DNA of 64,000 nt, from the NCBI GenBank assembly GCA_964016885.1, contig OZ024750.1, forward strand, positions 21,514,001 to 21,578,000. Reading direction: 5' to 3'. This DNA is from Eledone cirrhosa (taxonomy: Eukaryota). Made by a program: the position numbers and the translations under genes. This document shows, piece by piece, positions 43,066 to 56,705 of this stretch (its first letter is position 1; each line of letters starts with the position of its first letter). The notes under the pieces were generated by a model. The model had not been told where the DNA came from, did no database searches, and worked only from the letters and a program-made list of their open reading frames with translations.

Positions 43066-45465
43066 CTAGCTAATAGGTTTAAAGTAGAAGAAAGAGCTTA
43101 ATATTCGGTGGGGGCAAGAGGAAAATATTTCTGACTTTCTGTTTAGTAGAGGGCATTTAGCAAATATAATAGAGTGGGATTCGGCAAGGCATAGGTTACA
43201 TACTCTATTATGAGGAGTATATGGATGGGATTTAGCAACCTGCCGCCAAGTAAGTGTGTAATGTGTTCGTGCATTTTTTAAATTGTGGACGTACGCTGCC
43301 AAGGAGGTGGAGTTCCTCAGTTTACTGTGTCTAAAAGTGCACTGGTGAGAGTTAAACCTGGTCTTAAAGGGGGTGGAGGTTGATCCTATATAGGTTTTAG
43401 TGGACGCCGTAGTTACCACATCACACGCATAAACTATGTTTCTAATAAGGCAGAAACCATTCAGGGGGCAGCCTGAAGCCCTTCTACAGTTACAATTTCT
43501 GGTGATGCTATTCTCAGAATGATCACCACTTGTGTTTCGGCCCACTCTGTCCACTACCGTGTTTTCCCCTAGGCTTAGGTTGTCCAGGCCTTCCTTTATT
43601 TTCCTATTATTAGTAATGGCCAGATGGGAGGCCAGATTTTGGGTTGTAGAATACGAAAGTTTAACAACATTCTTATTGAGGATAGAGTGGTACCTATTAC
43701 CAGGAGGGAAGTTCCTTTCTAACACAGAGAAGAAGGCCCTAGGAATATTTATAGCCACTTCAGAGTTAAAAGGGGGGTTGAAGTATGTATTCAATCTTCT
43801 TCTATTCTTTTTATTCTTTTTATTTCCATCACTATTATTAGCATTATTATTTCTACGGTTACTATGCTCACGTAGTCTATGCGGGGAGCTGCGAGGCCTA
43901 CCATTGCTATTACTTAGACTAATGGTGCCCTGCTGGTTCATTCCACCGGCATTTAGAAACCTCCCATTCGCGTCACCTCTATTGCTATTACTTAGACTAA
44001 TGGTGCCCTGCTGGTTCATTCCACCGGCATTTAGAACACTCCCATTCGCGACACCTCTATTACCAATTGACATATTATGTGTTATAACAACACTGGTAGA
44101 GCTACTATTAGGACTATTATTTCCCTGGGTGTAATACAATTTGTCCCTAAAGCCGGATCTAGCTAAGGCATCATTATAGTAATCAGCCTGCGAGTCAAAC
44201 GCCTCCTCACTATGTGAGAGTGAACTTATTCTGTTAGATACGCCCTTCAGTATACCGCTGATGACCGACCTAGGGTGGTTAGAGTTGGTATTCACGTAAG
44301 TCAGCAATTCATTAGGCTTATGGTACGGTGTGTACGTATGGTTATCCAAGTCTAATGTAACATCCAGGAAGTTCACAGTTCTATCATTTATATCCATAGT
44401 AATGGATAGGTTAAAGGTTTTAAAAAAGCTATGCAGCTTTTTCCTAATGCGCACTATATTATACTTACTAGTATCTATGGAGAGTAGGGCGTCATCCCGG
44501 TACAACCCGCCCCTAAGGAATGGGAAGTTACTATGCAGTTCATTGAGGAGGTATAGCCCAACTAAGTCAGTGACCTGAGCAGAGTCACTCGACCCCATAG
44601 TAATGTCAAAATTATCAGGTGTGTTTTTTCTCGTCCATAGATTATCCTCAAACATGATAATGGTTTTACGTGCAGCGAGAACAATATCTATCTGTGGCCT
44701 TGTAATTGCCCCCCTCTGCATGGCTAGGATAAGGGCCTTATTGAGGATAATAGGAGATATAGATGTATAATAAGCATCAATATCAAATTGGATGAATTTG
44801 AGTGAGTCACGACCACAATCCGTAGAGAACCACCTAATGACTTCACTAGTGTTACCCCAAAGCTCAAGGAAAGTTTTTTCTCTAACCAGGGGAATAACGC
44901 TATCCAAGATTACCTTACTAATAATCCCCAGGTCAGACTTGGAGGGGCAGATAAGCCTAACTGAGGGTCTGCTAATAAAATCTTCCTTGTGGTCCTTGAG
45001 GGTGAATCTAGGCTGCTTGGGGTAATAAGGCTGAGTGTGTTTATCCAGACCTAGTTTTACCACTATGTTATACCCCTCCAGGTTAATATTATCTAAATTA
45101 CTCTGCGTTGTTTTTTTGTAGTTCCTATGTAGTTCATTATAAATGAAGCCGCGATAGGTTTTATAATCCATACTATATAAGTTTTTAGTTTTGTCAGAGG
45201 GGACCAGAATGGATTTATTATCCCTAAAGTCACTAACGATTGAACTTAGTTTACTCTGAAATTTATTGGTACATCTAGATTTTTTATATCTAATATTCCT
45301 AACAAGGGATAATAGCTCACTTTCGAAGTTATCCAACAGGCTATTATGCGGGGGGCTCCTATAAGTCTTAAATCCATAATTATTAAAACTACGCTTCTCT
45401 TCAGGGCTATCATACTTCTTATCAAAATGGAACGCACGCCACCGAACACGTTTTACGAATGAGTT
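43066..45465 (-). CDS. PLE reverse transcriptase / GIY-YIG endonuclease polyprotein (5'-truncated)
   Basis: RT motifs [37 protein letters not shown] and VNFLDVTL; linker [15 protein letters not shown]; GIY-YIG region IVY...YIGST...FKTRFNSH...CNLCLAE. The frame stays open upstream of the listed TTG ([14 protein letters not shown]...[10 protein letters not shown]) up to the microsatellite at ~45465. Confidence 0.92.
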   Translation of the reverse strand, partial: NSFVKRVRWRAFHFDKKYDSPEEKRSFNNYGFKTYRSPPHNSLLDNFESELLSLVRNIRYKKSRCTNKFQSKLSSIVSDFRDNKSILVPSDKTKNLYSMDYKTYRGFIYNELHRNYKKTTQSNLDNINLEGYNIVVKLGLDKHTQPYYPKQPRFTLKDHKEDFISRPSVRLICPSKSDLGIISKVILDSVIPLVREKTFLELWGNTSEVIRWFSTDCGRDSLKFIQFDIDAYYTSISPIILNKALILAMQRGAITRPQIDIVLAARKTIIMFEDNLWTRKNTPDNFDITMGSSDSAQVTDLVGLYLLNELHSNFPFLRGGLYRDDALLSIDTSKYNIVRIRKKLHSFFKTFNLSITMDINDRTVNFLDVTLDLDNHTYTPYHKPNELLTYVNTNSNHPRSVISGILKGVSNRISSLSHSEEAFDSQADYYNDALARSGFRDKLYYTQGNNSPNSSSTSVVITHNMSIGNRGVANGSVLNAGGMNQQGTISLSNSNRGDANGRFLNAGGMNQQGTISLSNSNGRPRSSPHRLREHSNRRNNNANNSDGNKKNKKNRRRLNTYFNPPFNSEVAINIPRAFFSVLERNFPPGNRYHSILNKNVVKLSYSTTQNLASHLAITNNRKIKEGLDNLSLGENTVVDRVGRNTSGDHSENSITRNCNCRRASGCPLNGFCLIRNIVYACDVVTTASTKTYIGSTSTPFKTRFNSHQCTFRHSKLRNSTSLAAYVHNLKNARTHYTLTWRQVAKSHPYTPHNRVCNLCLAESHSIIFAKCPLLNRKSEIFSSCPHRILSSFFYFKPIS

Positions 45466-45473
45466 TATATATG

Positions 45474-45558
<85 letters not shown>

Positions 45559-45565
45559 ATATATG

Positions 45566-45598
<33 letters not shown>

Positions 45599-45651
45599 AT
45601 GTATATGTATATATATATGTATATATGTATATGTATATATATGTATATATG

Positions 45652-45702
<51 letters not shown>

Positions 45703-45829
45703 GTATATATATGTATATATATATATGTATATATATGTATATATGTATATATATATATATGTATATATGTATATATATATATGTATATATGTATATATAT
45801 ATATGTATATATATATATATGTATATATG

Positions 45830-45867
<38 letters not shown>

Positions 45868-46419
45868 TGTATAAATATATATGTATATATGTATATATGT
45901 ATATATGTATATATGTATATATATATATATTATATATATAAATATATATATATATTATATGTATAAATATATATACATATTATATGTATAAATATATATA
46001 TATATATATATTATATGCATAAATATATATATATATATATTATATGTATAAATATATATATATATATTATATGTACAAATATATATATATATGTATACGT
46101 ATAAATGTATATGTATACATATATATATACATACATGCATGCATGCATACATGTGTCTGTCTGTGTATCCACGCGCGCGTAATTATTTAACACATTTATT
46201 TGTTCATTTATTTATTTACCTATTTGTGAACTAACTTAAGAAAATTATATATTTTTGATACTTTATTAATTTCCTGACTTCCATATTAAATTTTAGATTT
46301 TTTTTTTTTTTGCTTATATTTTTTATGTTTTATTTTTCATTTATCTTTTAAAAAAAAAAATAACAGAAATGATATTTGATAACATTTTCTCGATAGTTCT
46401 ATCTAAAATTCAGTATATT

Positions 46420-46806
46420 CTTGTTTTTGTTGTTGTTACTGTTACTCTCGTTGCTGTTTCCATTGATGTCCTTGGTGCTTTTGTTACTACTGTTGTTGTT
46501 TTTGCTGTTGGTGATTCTGCTGTTGTTGTTGTTGTTATTCTTTTTATTGATTGTGCAGATCATTTTGATTTTGCTATTACTCTTGTGCTTCCTGTTGTTT
46601 TTATTCCCGTTGTTACTGCTGTTGGTTTTGATGTTCTTACTTCTGTTGTTGTTGTGTTTCTTGTTTTGTTATTGCTGTTGTTGCTGTTGTTGCTGTTGCT
46701 GTCTGTAAAATTGTTGTCATTTGATTTTGTTGCTGCTGCTGTTTTTCTTGCATCAGTCTTTTTTGTTTTGTTGTTGATAATGTTATTTTTGTTGTTGTTG
46801 TTGTTG
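46420..46806. repeat. Degenerate (GTT/GCT)n trinucleotide repeat
   Basis: Directly visible; it explains the poly-L/V/C ORFs. Confidence 0.9.
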
Positions 46807-47508
46807 TAATTGGTGAAAGTGGAGGTGGTGGTGTATAAAATATTCTTTTTTTTTTTTCTTTCAAATAACTAAATTTTTCAACATTGAAATTGCCAACTTT
46901 GCTTTTATGAAGCAAACTCCAAATATCGCGTGATGGAATGATATGAATAGCGAAAGAGAGACTGGCAGGGGATTGTGTGGTTAGTTTTCTAGATGATATT
47001 GATAGATTTATATCGTTGACCAGAATCAATAATTAATCACATTCATTTTTCTGAGCTGTGCAGCTCACGTTTAAAGTTGTCAGGTACGCCGAGACTGCGA
47101 AATTGTTTCAAATCTCCATTGAAGTAATTCCACGTTACTTCACTTTCAATATTTCTCTCTTAGTAAATGAACAATACTTATATCAGACTAGAGTATGAAG
47201 TATATTATCTATGGACTCATTGCGCATGAAATATATATGGCTTTTAACTCAGAACAATACAGAGATGTAACAAATGCCGCAAGGCATCAAGTCGTCTGGC
47301 CCAACGTTTCAACAATTCCACCAATTCAAATTCCTATTGTAGTACTTTATTTATCATCCTTGAAAAGAATAAATTAATTTCGAGAAGATTGCTCTAACTA
47401 AAAACTCGAAGAGCCGGAACAATTTTCTCTAGAAATGGTTTTTCAGAGGGCTTAAGAATTCCATTAATATATATATATGTGTGTGTGCGTGCGTGTGTGT
47501 GTGTGTGT

Positions 47509-47623
<115 letters not shown>

Positions 47624-47818
47624 CGTGGGGGGGTGAAACCGTGGGGTGTTGATGGAGGTGAATAAATGAGTACTGATTATATAATGATTCTGTGAATACT
47701 CATACGAAACTTTAGAGTAACAAGACTCGTGCATATAAACATAATCTACTACCCCAAGTATCGAGTACTCTGGTGAATAATGGTCTAACCAGTTTCAAAC
47801 TGAATCCATCCTGATTTG

Positions 47819-47849
<31 letters not shown>

Positions 47850-48096
47850 TCATTTAGGTTTCTTGGTTCACCAGTGGATAGAACTGGTCATTCCGTATAG
47901 TCAACCTTAATGTAATATTAGGGAGAGCACTCGACGTAATGCAACTCACCCGTCTTCGTTTGTGTTGTTGGCGGTGCGAGTACGGAGTTAATTATTATAA
48001 AATAGAAATAAAATAAAATGTTTGGCCGCGTTCTCGTCTCTCTGCTTTTTCAGCCCCAGGGATTGTGTCTATTATATTCCTTTCTTAAATTTCGAA

Positions 48097-48149
48097 TACC
48101 TGATGATGTCACCGGATTCATACGGATTCATATTGAAATGTTCATAGTA
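48097..48149 (+). ncRNA. Type I hammerhead ribozyme (weak stem II)
   Basis: tac-CTGATGA-...-GAAA-tgttca-TA-gta followed by c-aataaa, within the insert 47850-48198. Confidence 0.55.
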
Positions 48150-48271
48150 CAATAAACCTTTAAGGAATTGCACCAGTCCAGCCTCCTGTTATTTTATAAT
48201 ATATATATATGTGGTTTCGGATCTAGCTGTCGAAACGGCCTGAGCTCGGCCGTCGGGGTCTTCGCTCTTTT

Positions 48272-48309
<38 letters not shown>

Positions 48310-48869
48310 GAGAAGAATGAATACTGCGTGGTTGCACATGGGTTACATATGATCAAAATAGTCCTTCATCAGTGATTTTCCAACCTTCATTGGTATTTCA
48401 TCGCTTTAAAAATCATATACATCCAGTTGGTGCGAGCAATAGCTAAATAAAGCTATTGGGACAAGTAAATCGCGTAAAGCGAGCGAGACAAATAAACAAA
48501 CATAGAAGGATAGCAACGCAAAGATAGGAAAAAACAAGCACATGGAGTCCGATCAGCTTAAGCTGTGTGGATTTCATGGGCGAGAGACAACAGACCGTGC
48601 GACGCGAGTGAGGTGTGAGCAAGAAAGGACCCCACTTCAGGCCAAACGGAAGGAAGTGAGAAGGGGAGAAGCAGAGAGTGAGCGAGTGAGCGAGTGGAAG
48701 TGCGAGGAAGAGGCCAGTCGAGGGAAAGTGTAACTGACAGAGGGGCGAAAGAAGGTGAGAGAAACAGAGAGATGGGGGGAAGCAGTAAGAGAGAAACAGA
48801 CAAACGCAGCTGGGTAAATATATATATAAAAAACATGAGAAGAATGAATACTGCGTGGTTGCACATGGG

Positions 48870-48953
<84 letters not shown>

Positions 48954-49106
48954 CGTTGACAAATATATCAATATGCCCAGACATGCAGATATATTGCCGT
49001 TGGTATGACAGTGTGGTTTTAGCTCAATGTAGGATAACTAGTATACTACAGAGCCGTTATAGTTATAGGAATAACCAAAGAGTGCTTAGAAATACATTGT
49101 TTTATT

Positions 49107-49153
49107 AGCTAACAGTGTTTCATCCATACACCATGGCAGGAATCATCAGAGCC
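49107..49153 (-). ncRNA. Minimal type I hammerhead ribozyme, homologous to 40845-40890
   Basis: ggct-CTGATGA-ttcc...ggat-GAAA-cactg-TT-agct; the flanks are homologous to 40760-40895. Confidence 0.75.
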
Positions 49154-51751
49154 TAGAAACAAGAGTATATCAGTAGTTGCATGCTCCATCGAGCTGCGTC
49201 ACCAGAACAAGGTTAAAGGACCAGCAGGGGGGGGGGGCGAGGCCAGCGCTATATGGAAAAAGACAGAATACATGATGCACATAATGTCATAAAATGTCTT
49301 AAAAATTTAAAAATTACACCAACAATGTATCATTTAAATGATGCAATAGATTGGGAGAGGGTAGCAAGGGATGAGTGAGGGTATTACTCAGCGTGATCAG
49401 AAACAATAAGAAAATAAGAAAAAAAATAATTAAAAAAGTACAAAAATACAGAGATAAGAAAAGAGATAAATATAAAAATACAAAACAATAAAGGAACAAA
49501 AAGCCCGGAAATCGCCCCCCCCCCCAAAAAAAATATATATATAAGACAAAGCAAAGCATAGATGCATCAAAGCACAAGCAGTGCAAAAACAGGGTGTACA
49601 GGCAGATTAAGAGAGTTTGCAAGCATATAATATATAAGGGGCATTTGAATATAGAACATAACGAATTGTAACAAACTAATGCAATGCATTTTCTCTATCA
49701 CTCTAAAACAATTCTGCCAATCAACCACGCATACTTAAATTTCCTCTGTAATTATTTACCCAATTTCTCGTACATCTACATTCAAATAAATTAACATTAA
49801 ATGGCCTAACATTCTTAGGAACTAAAATTTAAAATTGATATTATCTCTTCATTGTTAACACCAATCCTTAATTCTAAAACCCGAATTCCAATAGAGTAAT
49901 AAATTCATGTTATACTTTCAAACTTAAAACCATATTCAAGTTTCAGTTTTATACATAGTGGTTATTCTACCGTTTTGACCTTATCATTTGTACATCAATA
50001 TAATCATTCCTAGATCAGAAAATGTATCCAACCATCAAAAGACTCGATATTTGTTAATTTTACTGATAGCTTATTAGGTGTCTGGATTTTTTATCTTATA
50101 AATTGTTAAAAAGAAGAAATAAAAATATTTAAAATTAATACCGTTTTAATTACCTTAAATTATGGATAGATGTTTAAATTGTTTATATGAAGTTATAATA
50201 GTATTAATCAACATATAGTTTTATTTACTCTAAAATCAATTCAATATGGAAATATTATCGATATATACTTGAAAATATATATCTATAGCTATAGACTCTC
50301 TTTCAAGTGTTGACGATACGATTCAACAGTAATGCAAATGCTGTTCTCATATCTAGAGAAACGCTCTCCCAAAACTGGTGACAAACATTCCTTTTGTTTT
50401 TGTAATGAAATCGAAAAGCTTACACACTTGAAGGGGTGTAATCTACCCTGCTTAGCATCCATTTCTAGGATAAGCTTTGAACTCTGTATATATCTATAGC
50501 TTAGAGAAATCTACCAGCGACATCTCAGAGTACCTTCCCCGAGGCTGTATAGATCTATGTACAGTTCATATTCTTATAACTAAAACAGCATTTCGCTGTC
50601 CAAATTTTGAGATAAGAGATTTTCATTAGCAGAATTGGTAGAACGTCGCATAAAATTCTTATGATTTCCCGACGTCGAAGACGCTACTTTTTTCCTAAAA
50701 TAAGTCTCAAAAATCTACCATGCGTCCTGGAGGCCGAATGTTGTTTATTACTTTTTTTTTTCAAATTTTTGGTTGTCAAAATTAGGGCCCGCCCTCTTCG
50801 GCGCCGGGCAATTCCGACATTTGTTGTCAGCAGAGCCAAGTACAAGGTTTGATGTAACCGACTTTTCCTTTACCCCTGCATACTGGAATTGTGCCAAAAT
50901 TATAAACTACAGACAACGTATTTAAGTTTGCTCCAGCCATAATGTGGGAAGGCGATTATATTGCTATGGCATCGGATTAAAAATACCTGAATAGTTTCTC
51001 TGCTCACTATGCACTGAGTTCAAATACCTGTGAGGGTAACTGTCCCTTTCATCCAATCGTGGTGTTGTAGTCCATTCTTTGTCTACTTCAGCTATCTTCC
51101 TTTATAATCTCTTCTCTCTTTTTTTCTCTCTCTCTCTATCTCTCTCTCGTTCGATGACATCAGCTATGTTACGACCGGAAGTAGGATGATTTCTAGGAGG
51201 TTCAATAAGCACAAAACATTTTCAGTAACAAAATGGCGCCTCAACTACCCCGTCGTCCCTCCTCATCTCATATTCTGGAAAGTAACGGCAGATAATTTCA
51301 TTTAAACATTTTCTATTTGAAGCATTTCTCAGTGCAATTCTATTGTGTGTGCGCGCGTGTGTGAGTGCGTGCGTCGGTGGGCGCGTGTGTTTATGTGTGT
51401 GTAAAATGCAGGTGCAAAATATATAGGAAAATGAAATAAGGAAAACACAAAATTTCTCATTAATATCTAAAAGAAAGTGATGTGCTATATTTCTAGACTA
51501 TGTTCTTAGCATTTCCTTATTTGTGTATCAGTTTATGTCAGAATATAAAGAAAAACGTCGATGAAGATCGGGAAGTAGTTGGGTGGTTTTAATTAAATAT
51601 CTACGATTCTGTGTGATGTGAACCACATCAAAATAATGATCAATTATAAAAGCTAAATATTAATGTCTTTTAATAAAAATATGCTTTATATTTAACACAT
51701 ACATACAAGCATATATACATACACATACATACAAAATTCATACATATATAC

Positions 51752-52358
51752 ATGGTGGCTGCCAACTCGTTTTCGAGTACGGCCACTACTTTATATCCAT
51801 GTAGGAGAACCCCTACCGATGTGCTGAACGAGTGTGACTTTTTAGTCCAGCCAGCGACTTGAAAACTCTGGCACAAACACTACACATGTGACAATTATTG
51901 ACACATAGTGCTGGGCCCATGGTACCATGTGACGACAAGTGCAGAGAGATCTCCAGATATAAAGCAATGCCTGTGCCCTGAAGCTTTTATAGTGAGCAAA
52001 GGCACTGCACAAAGCCAGTCCCACTCTCTTGACCAAGATGATATTTACCAAAAAGAAGAACAAGTCAACATCATTGGATACCATCAGGGTTGCAGGTGTT
52101 ATATCAGAGTTTTCCTTCTCCTAGAATTCTGCCTTGACAAATGCTAAGGGGTCATCTCTCCCGGTGATTTTGGATGGCTATTGAGTCTTAAGAGCTCCCT
52201 TGCCCTTTGACAGGTTTTGATTTTAGTCCTGCAGGATGTCCAAAGTCACCCTCCTCACCAAGAAACCTTGGTGGGGTTGCCAGTTTAGTCGCCAACGACC
52301 CGACCATGAGACAGGTTGTACTAGGATACATGTTACCAGTAGCACAAGCTGGTGACCT
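51752..52358 (-). mobile_element. Second full copy of the bipartite RTE-derived element
   Basis: Reverse complement of 39339-39933 with scattered substitutions. Confidence 0.8.
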
Positions 52359-52387
52359 GACATATATACATACATGCATACATACAT

Positions 52388-52424
<37 letters not shown>

Positions 52425-52461
52425 GTAGATATATAATTATAAACATATATAAATATAATGT

Positions 52462-52492
<31 letters not shown>

Positions 52493-52746
52493 CATAACAT
52501 ATACATATACCTGTGTTTAATGAATACAAAAGTCCGTATAGAGCTAGTAAATCATGACAGAATGGGAGGTATCTAATGTCCCTTATATCTAAGGCACAAA
52601 AACAAGATAGACAGGAAGATAAAAAAAGGCGGAAGATCAACGGGGGAGCAAATGGACCCTAAAACGGCTAAAAGGTTATGTCGTTGAATCCTTTGTGAGC
52701 TCAATGTACTCAAAGATCTTGTTTATAGTTGGTAGATATGTACATT

Positions 52747-52786
<40 letters not shown>

Positions 52787-53169
52787 AAGGGGGGAGACGG
52801 ATGAAGAGAGAGAGAGAGAGGGGGGGAGATAAATAGAATCAAATACCCGCTTCAATTTCTTCGATCGCTTTCCACATGAATCTAAATTCATTTTGAAAAA
52901 ACTGGACTAGACCATGTGTTGAATTATAGACAAAACATTCAATTTATTTTAAATTATTAAATTGGCCCCTCTTACTATGTTATGTTAATAAGTCTCCCTC
53001 CCTCTTTCAAATAATAATAATAATTATAATTATTATTAAGTTGCCTTCCCTTTCTTGATTATAACTTACTACCCTTACATAATTAACTTTACCTTCTATC
53101 TCTAAAGTTCTCTCCCCTTTACTAACTGGAACATTTTTGTTCTTAACCGGAAAACCATTTTTTTCTTCA

Positions 53170-53430
53170 TAATTGTTTCTACTTTAGGCACAAGGCCAGC
53201 AACTACCCAGTGCCTTACTGGTACTTTATTTTATCGACCCCGTAAGGATGAAAGGCAAAGTCAACCTCGGCGGGATTTGAACTCAGATCGTAAAGGGACG
53301 TAACTATGCTGGAAAGCATGGCGTCCGACCCTCTACCGATACTACCAATCCACCGCCTTTTTTCTTCATAATTGTTTCTACTTTAGGCACAAGGCCAGCA
53401 AATACCCAGTGCATTACTGGTACTTTATTT
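53170..53430 (-). mobile_element. Octopod SINE plus a tandem partial copy
   Basis: Full copy 53170-53357 and a 3' fragment 53370-53430; the flank tttttcttcataat occurs three times. Confidence 0.85.
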
Positions 53431-54197
53431 TTTCTTCATAATGAAAGCTGATGAGTTGGCTAAATGTTCCTATGCTTTTCAAAAGTAGAATCGAGATGTA
53501 GGGTTTCTGGTTTTTCTCGCATTTGTTTTCTTTTCTGTTTTATATATATATGTATATAAAATATTTATAATATATATAATATTTAAAGTATATTAGTGCT
53601 GCCATGTTTCAAACAATTATCTTACATAGTTATGTATAAATACATTCTTTAAATAAATTTTCTTCAGAAACTGATAACAATCTTTTCATTTTTTCCTCCT
53701 TTTATGAATATTATTCCTCATTAATAAGGGATATAATTTAATCTTTTACTATTTTAATTTATTGTTTGTGATATCTCATATAACTGATTTCCGATAGTGA
53801 GGAGAGTAAAATAAATTTAACTTCTTGCTCAGTTTTCTCTTGCCGAAACTTGATTCCATTTCGTTGTTTTCAATTAGTGATTTAAAGCTCAAGAGGTGTG
53901 ATATACTTTACGAAAATCGATATCATGTGAATACGGTGATACGCCATTGCGATTCATCAATAGTCTTTAGGTCACCTTTAACAGACACAAACTTTCATAA
54001 TTTATGATATTCAAGAATAATGGAACAATTTTGTAATTTTTGTGGTGTTGTTTTAATAATGTTTCGTTATGAAAATATTTACAGACGCAAGGAAAAAAAT
54101 TAATTTTAAATATGTGTGACTATGAGCCGAATTATTTATGCACGCCTCTCTAACTGTTGATTTGAATCCTTGACTTTAACTAACATTATTTGTTCTA

Positions 54198-54585
54198 GGG
54201 CGGTGGATTGGCAGTATCGGTAGAGAGTCGGACGCCATGCTTTCCAGCATAGTTACGTCCCTTTACGATCTGAGTTCAAATCCCGCCGAGGTTGACTTTG
54301 CCTTTCATCCTTACGGGGTCGATAAAATAAAGTACCAGTAATGCACTGGGTGATTGCTGGCCTTGTGCCTAAAGTAGAAACAATTATTTGTTCTACAAGT
54401 GGATTGGCAGTATCGGTAGAGGGTGGACGCCATGCTTTGACGCATAGAGTTACGGCCCTTGCCATTCTGAGTTCAAATCCTGCCGAGGTTAACTTTGCCT
54501 TTCATCCATTCGGGGTCGATAAAATAAAGTACCAGTAATACACTGGGATAATTGCTGGCCTTGTGCCTAAAGTAGAAACAATTAT
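54198..54585 (+). mobile_element. Tandem dimer of octopod SINEs
   Basis: Two copies; the spacer ttatttgttcta occurs three times. Confidence 0.85.
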
Positions 54586-55531
54586 TTGTTCTACAAGTAA
54601 TTTTTTCTTGCTCATTTTCTTAACCTTCGATGTTATGTTAAGGACAGTTAGCAATGGTGGATGTACTAAATCATTAGACCTTCATGCAACATTCCTTCTT
54701 GTACTCGTTCCGGTACTTCGTGGACTCGTGGCTCTAGCTGATAGAATGGCGAAAGCCTTGCCTCGGAGAATAGCGAGATGCGTTGGAATAGCGATTCCAA
54801 CTTGTGGGACTAACTCCTGCAGATAACCAACACCACACGGATAATAGTGTGCAGGGATTTGCTCCGTGGTCCAAGAATGCCGGACGTCACCATAAGTAAA
54901 GGTTTGACTCTAAACCTATCAGAAATCGACCAATATCACGATAGCTTGCACTATTTTTGACAGGTTAATAATATGCTCAAGTTAAAATACAATCTCACAT
55001 GAGTGATTTTTGACTTACGTTTACTTAGTTAACTTCATACGTATGAGGCATACCACAGAGCATACGGTGCGTAGCAGTCGTTGATGTTTTTCTTGCTTTT
55101 GCTGTTTAATCCCTGTTCAGCGTGTACATATAAACATCAAAGTAATTTCAACCGAAACCTTTTCTTCTCTTTTTCAAAGATCGGTCTAATTAATCGTTTT
55201 GATTTAAGATCAAAAGCGTATGGTTTAAATGATATTTAGTAGCTATGTCTAGCAGCTTCAATGACCGCGATGAGTGATACTTGTTAACATAATTTTTGTT
55301 TAAACATAAAGGTGCGAAAAAAACTAGATATAAGCTTGTTTTATCTTCAGTCATGAAAATGTAACTTCAGCTTAAATAATTGGCACCTGTAAACCAAATA
55401 ATATACTTTATATACAAATATTCAGCATAATATTATAACAAGAGAATACATCACCTGTCATAAAACACATAATTCACTTGTCATAATAATATATCTCCTG
55501 TTTTGAGATAAAATATTAGTAGAGAAGGTTA

Positions 55532-55593
<62 letters not shown>

Positions 55594-55662
55594 CACACAC
55601 ATATATATATATATATATATATTTATGTATGTATATATGCATATATAAGTATATACATATAC

Positions 55663-55701
<39 letters not shown>

Positions 55702-55847
55702 TATATGTATTTATATGTATATATATGTATGTATATGTATATATATATATATATAAATGTATATATATAAATATATATGTATATATATATACATGTATAT
55801 GTATATATATATATAAATGTATATGTATATATATGTACATATGTATA

Positions 55848-55930
<83 letters not shown>

Positions 55931-56168
55931 TTTGTCAAACAAGAGTGGATGAATAAAATATTATTCTGTGACTGGATTGGCAGAATCGTTAGAGCATCAC
56001 TATTCCTACCTTCGTTTTGCCTTCTGAGTTCGAACCTTGCCGTGAACAAATATGTTGGTGGACTTAATCCCCCTTCCGGTTTGAGGATACTTTCCTCCTT
56101 CTTTGCTACCCGTCTAGGTGAGAGGGAGGGAGAGTAGAAAAACAGTACAACTCTAATGCATTATTTTA

Positions 56169-56705
56169 GTGGATTGGCAGTATCGGTAGAGAGTCGGACG
56201 CCAGGCTTTCCAGTATAGTTACGTCCCTTTACGGTCTGAGTTCAAATCCCGCCGAGATTAACTTTGCCTTTCATCCTTACGGGGTCGATAAAATAAAGTA
56301 CCAGTAATGTACTGGGTAATTGCTGGCCTTGTGCCAAAAAAGTAGAAACATTTATTTTATTATGGGAGGTACGGCCCTTTATGGTCTGAGTTCAAATCCC
56401 GCCGAGGTTAACTTTGCCTTTCATCCTTACGGGGTCGATAAAATAAAGTACCAGTAATACACTGGAATAATTGCTGGCATTGTGCGAAAAGTAAAAACAA
56501 TTATTTTATTATTGGCGGTGGATTGGCAGTATCGGAAGAGCGTCAGACGCTATACTTTGTAGCATAGAGTTACATCTCTTTACGGTCTGAATTCAAATCC
56601 CACGGAGGTTAACTTTGGCTTTCATCCTTACGGGAGTCGATAAAATAAAGTACCAGTAATGCACTGAGATAATTGCTGGCCTTGTGCTAAAAGTAGAAAC
56701 AATTA
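56169..56705 (+). mobile_element. Tandem trimer of octopod SINEs
   Basis: Three copies, each followed by ttattttattat. Confidence 0.85.

Larger units (their letters stand above)
40712..45465 (-). mobile_element. Penelope-like retroelement (Naiad-type), 5'-truncated, inserted in a (TA)n microsatellite
   Basis: RT + GIY-YIG ORF, a ~2.3 kb 3' region containing a (TAAAA)n tract and an 81-bp tandem duplication, an HHR near the 3' end, and (TA)n-rich tracts on both sides. Confidence 0.9.

Noticed and set aside
43532-45025. Plus-strand ORFs of 200, 82 and 77 aa
   Set aside because: They are antisense shadows of the PLE ORF.
46369-47029. Hydrophobic and poly-Q/T ORFs
   Set aside because: They arise from a degenerate trinucleotide repeat.
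54198-54290. tRNA genes suggested by A/B boxes
   Set aside because: They are SINE heads with no cloverleaf.
56169-56705. CRISPR-like repeat/spacer arrangement
   Set aside because: This is a tandem SINE array in eukaryotic DNA with no cas genes.
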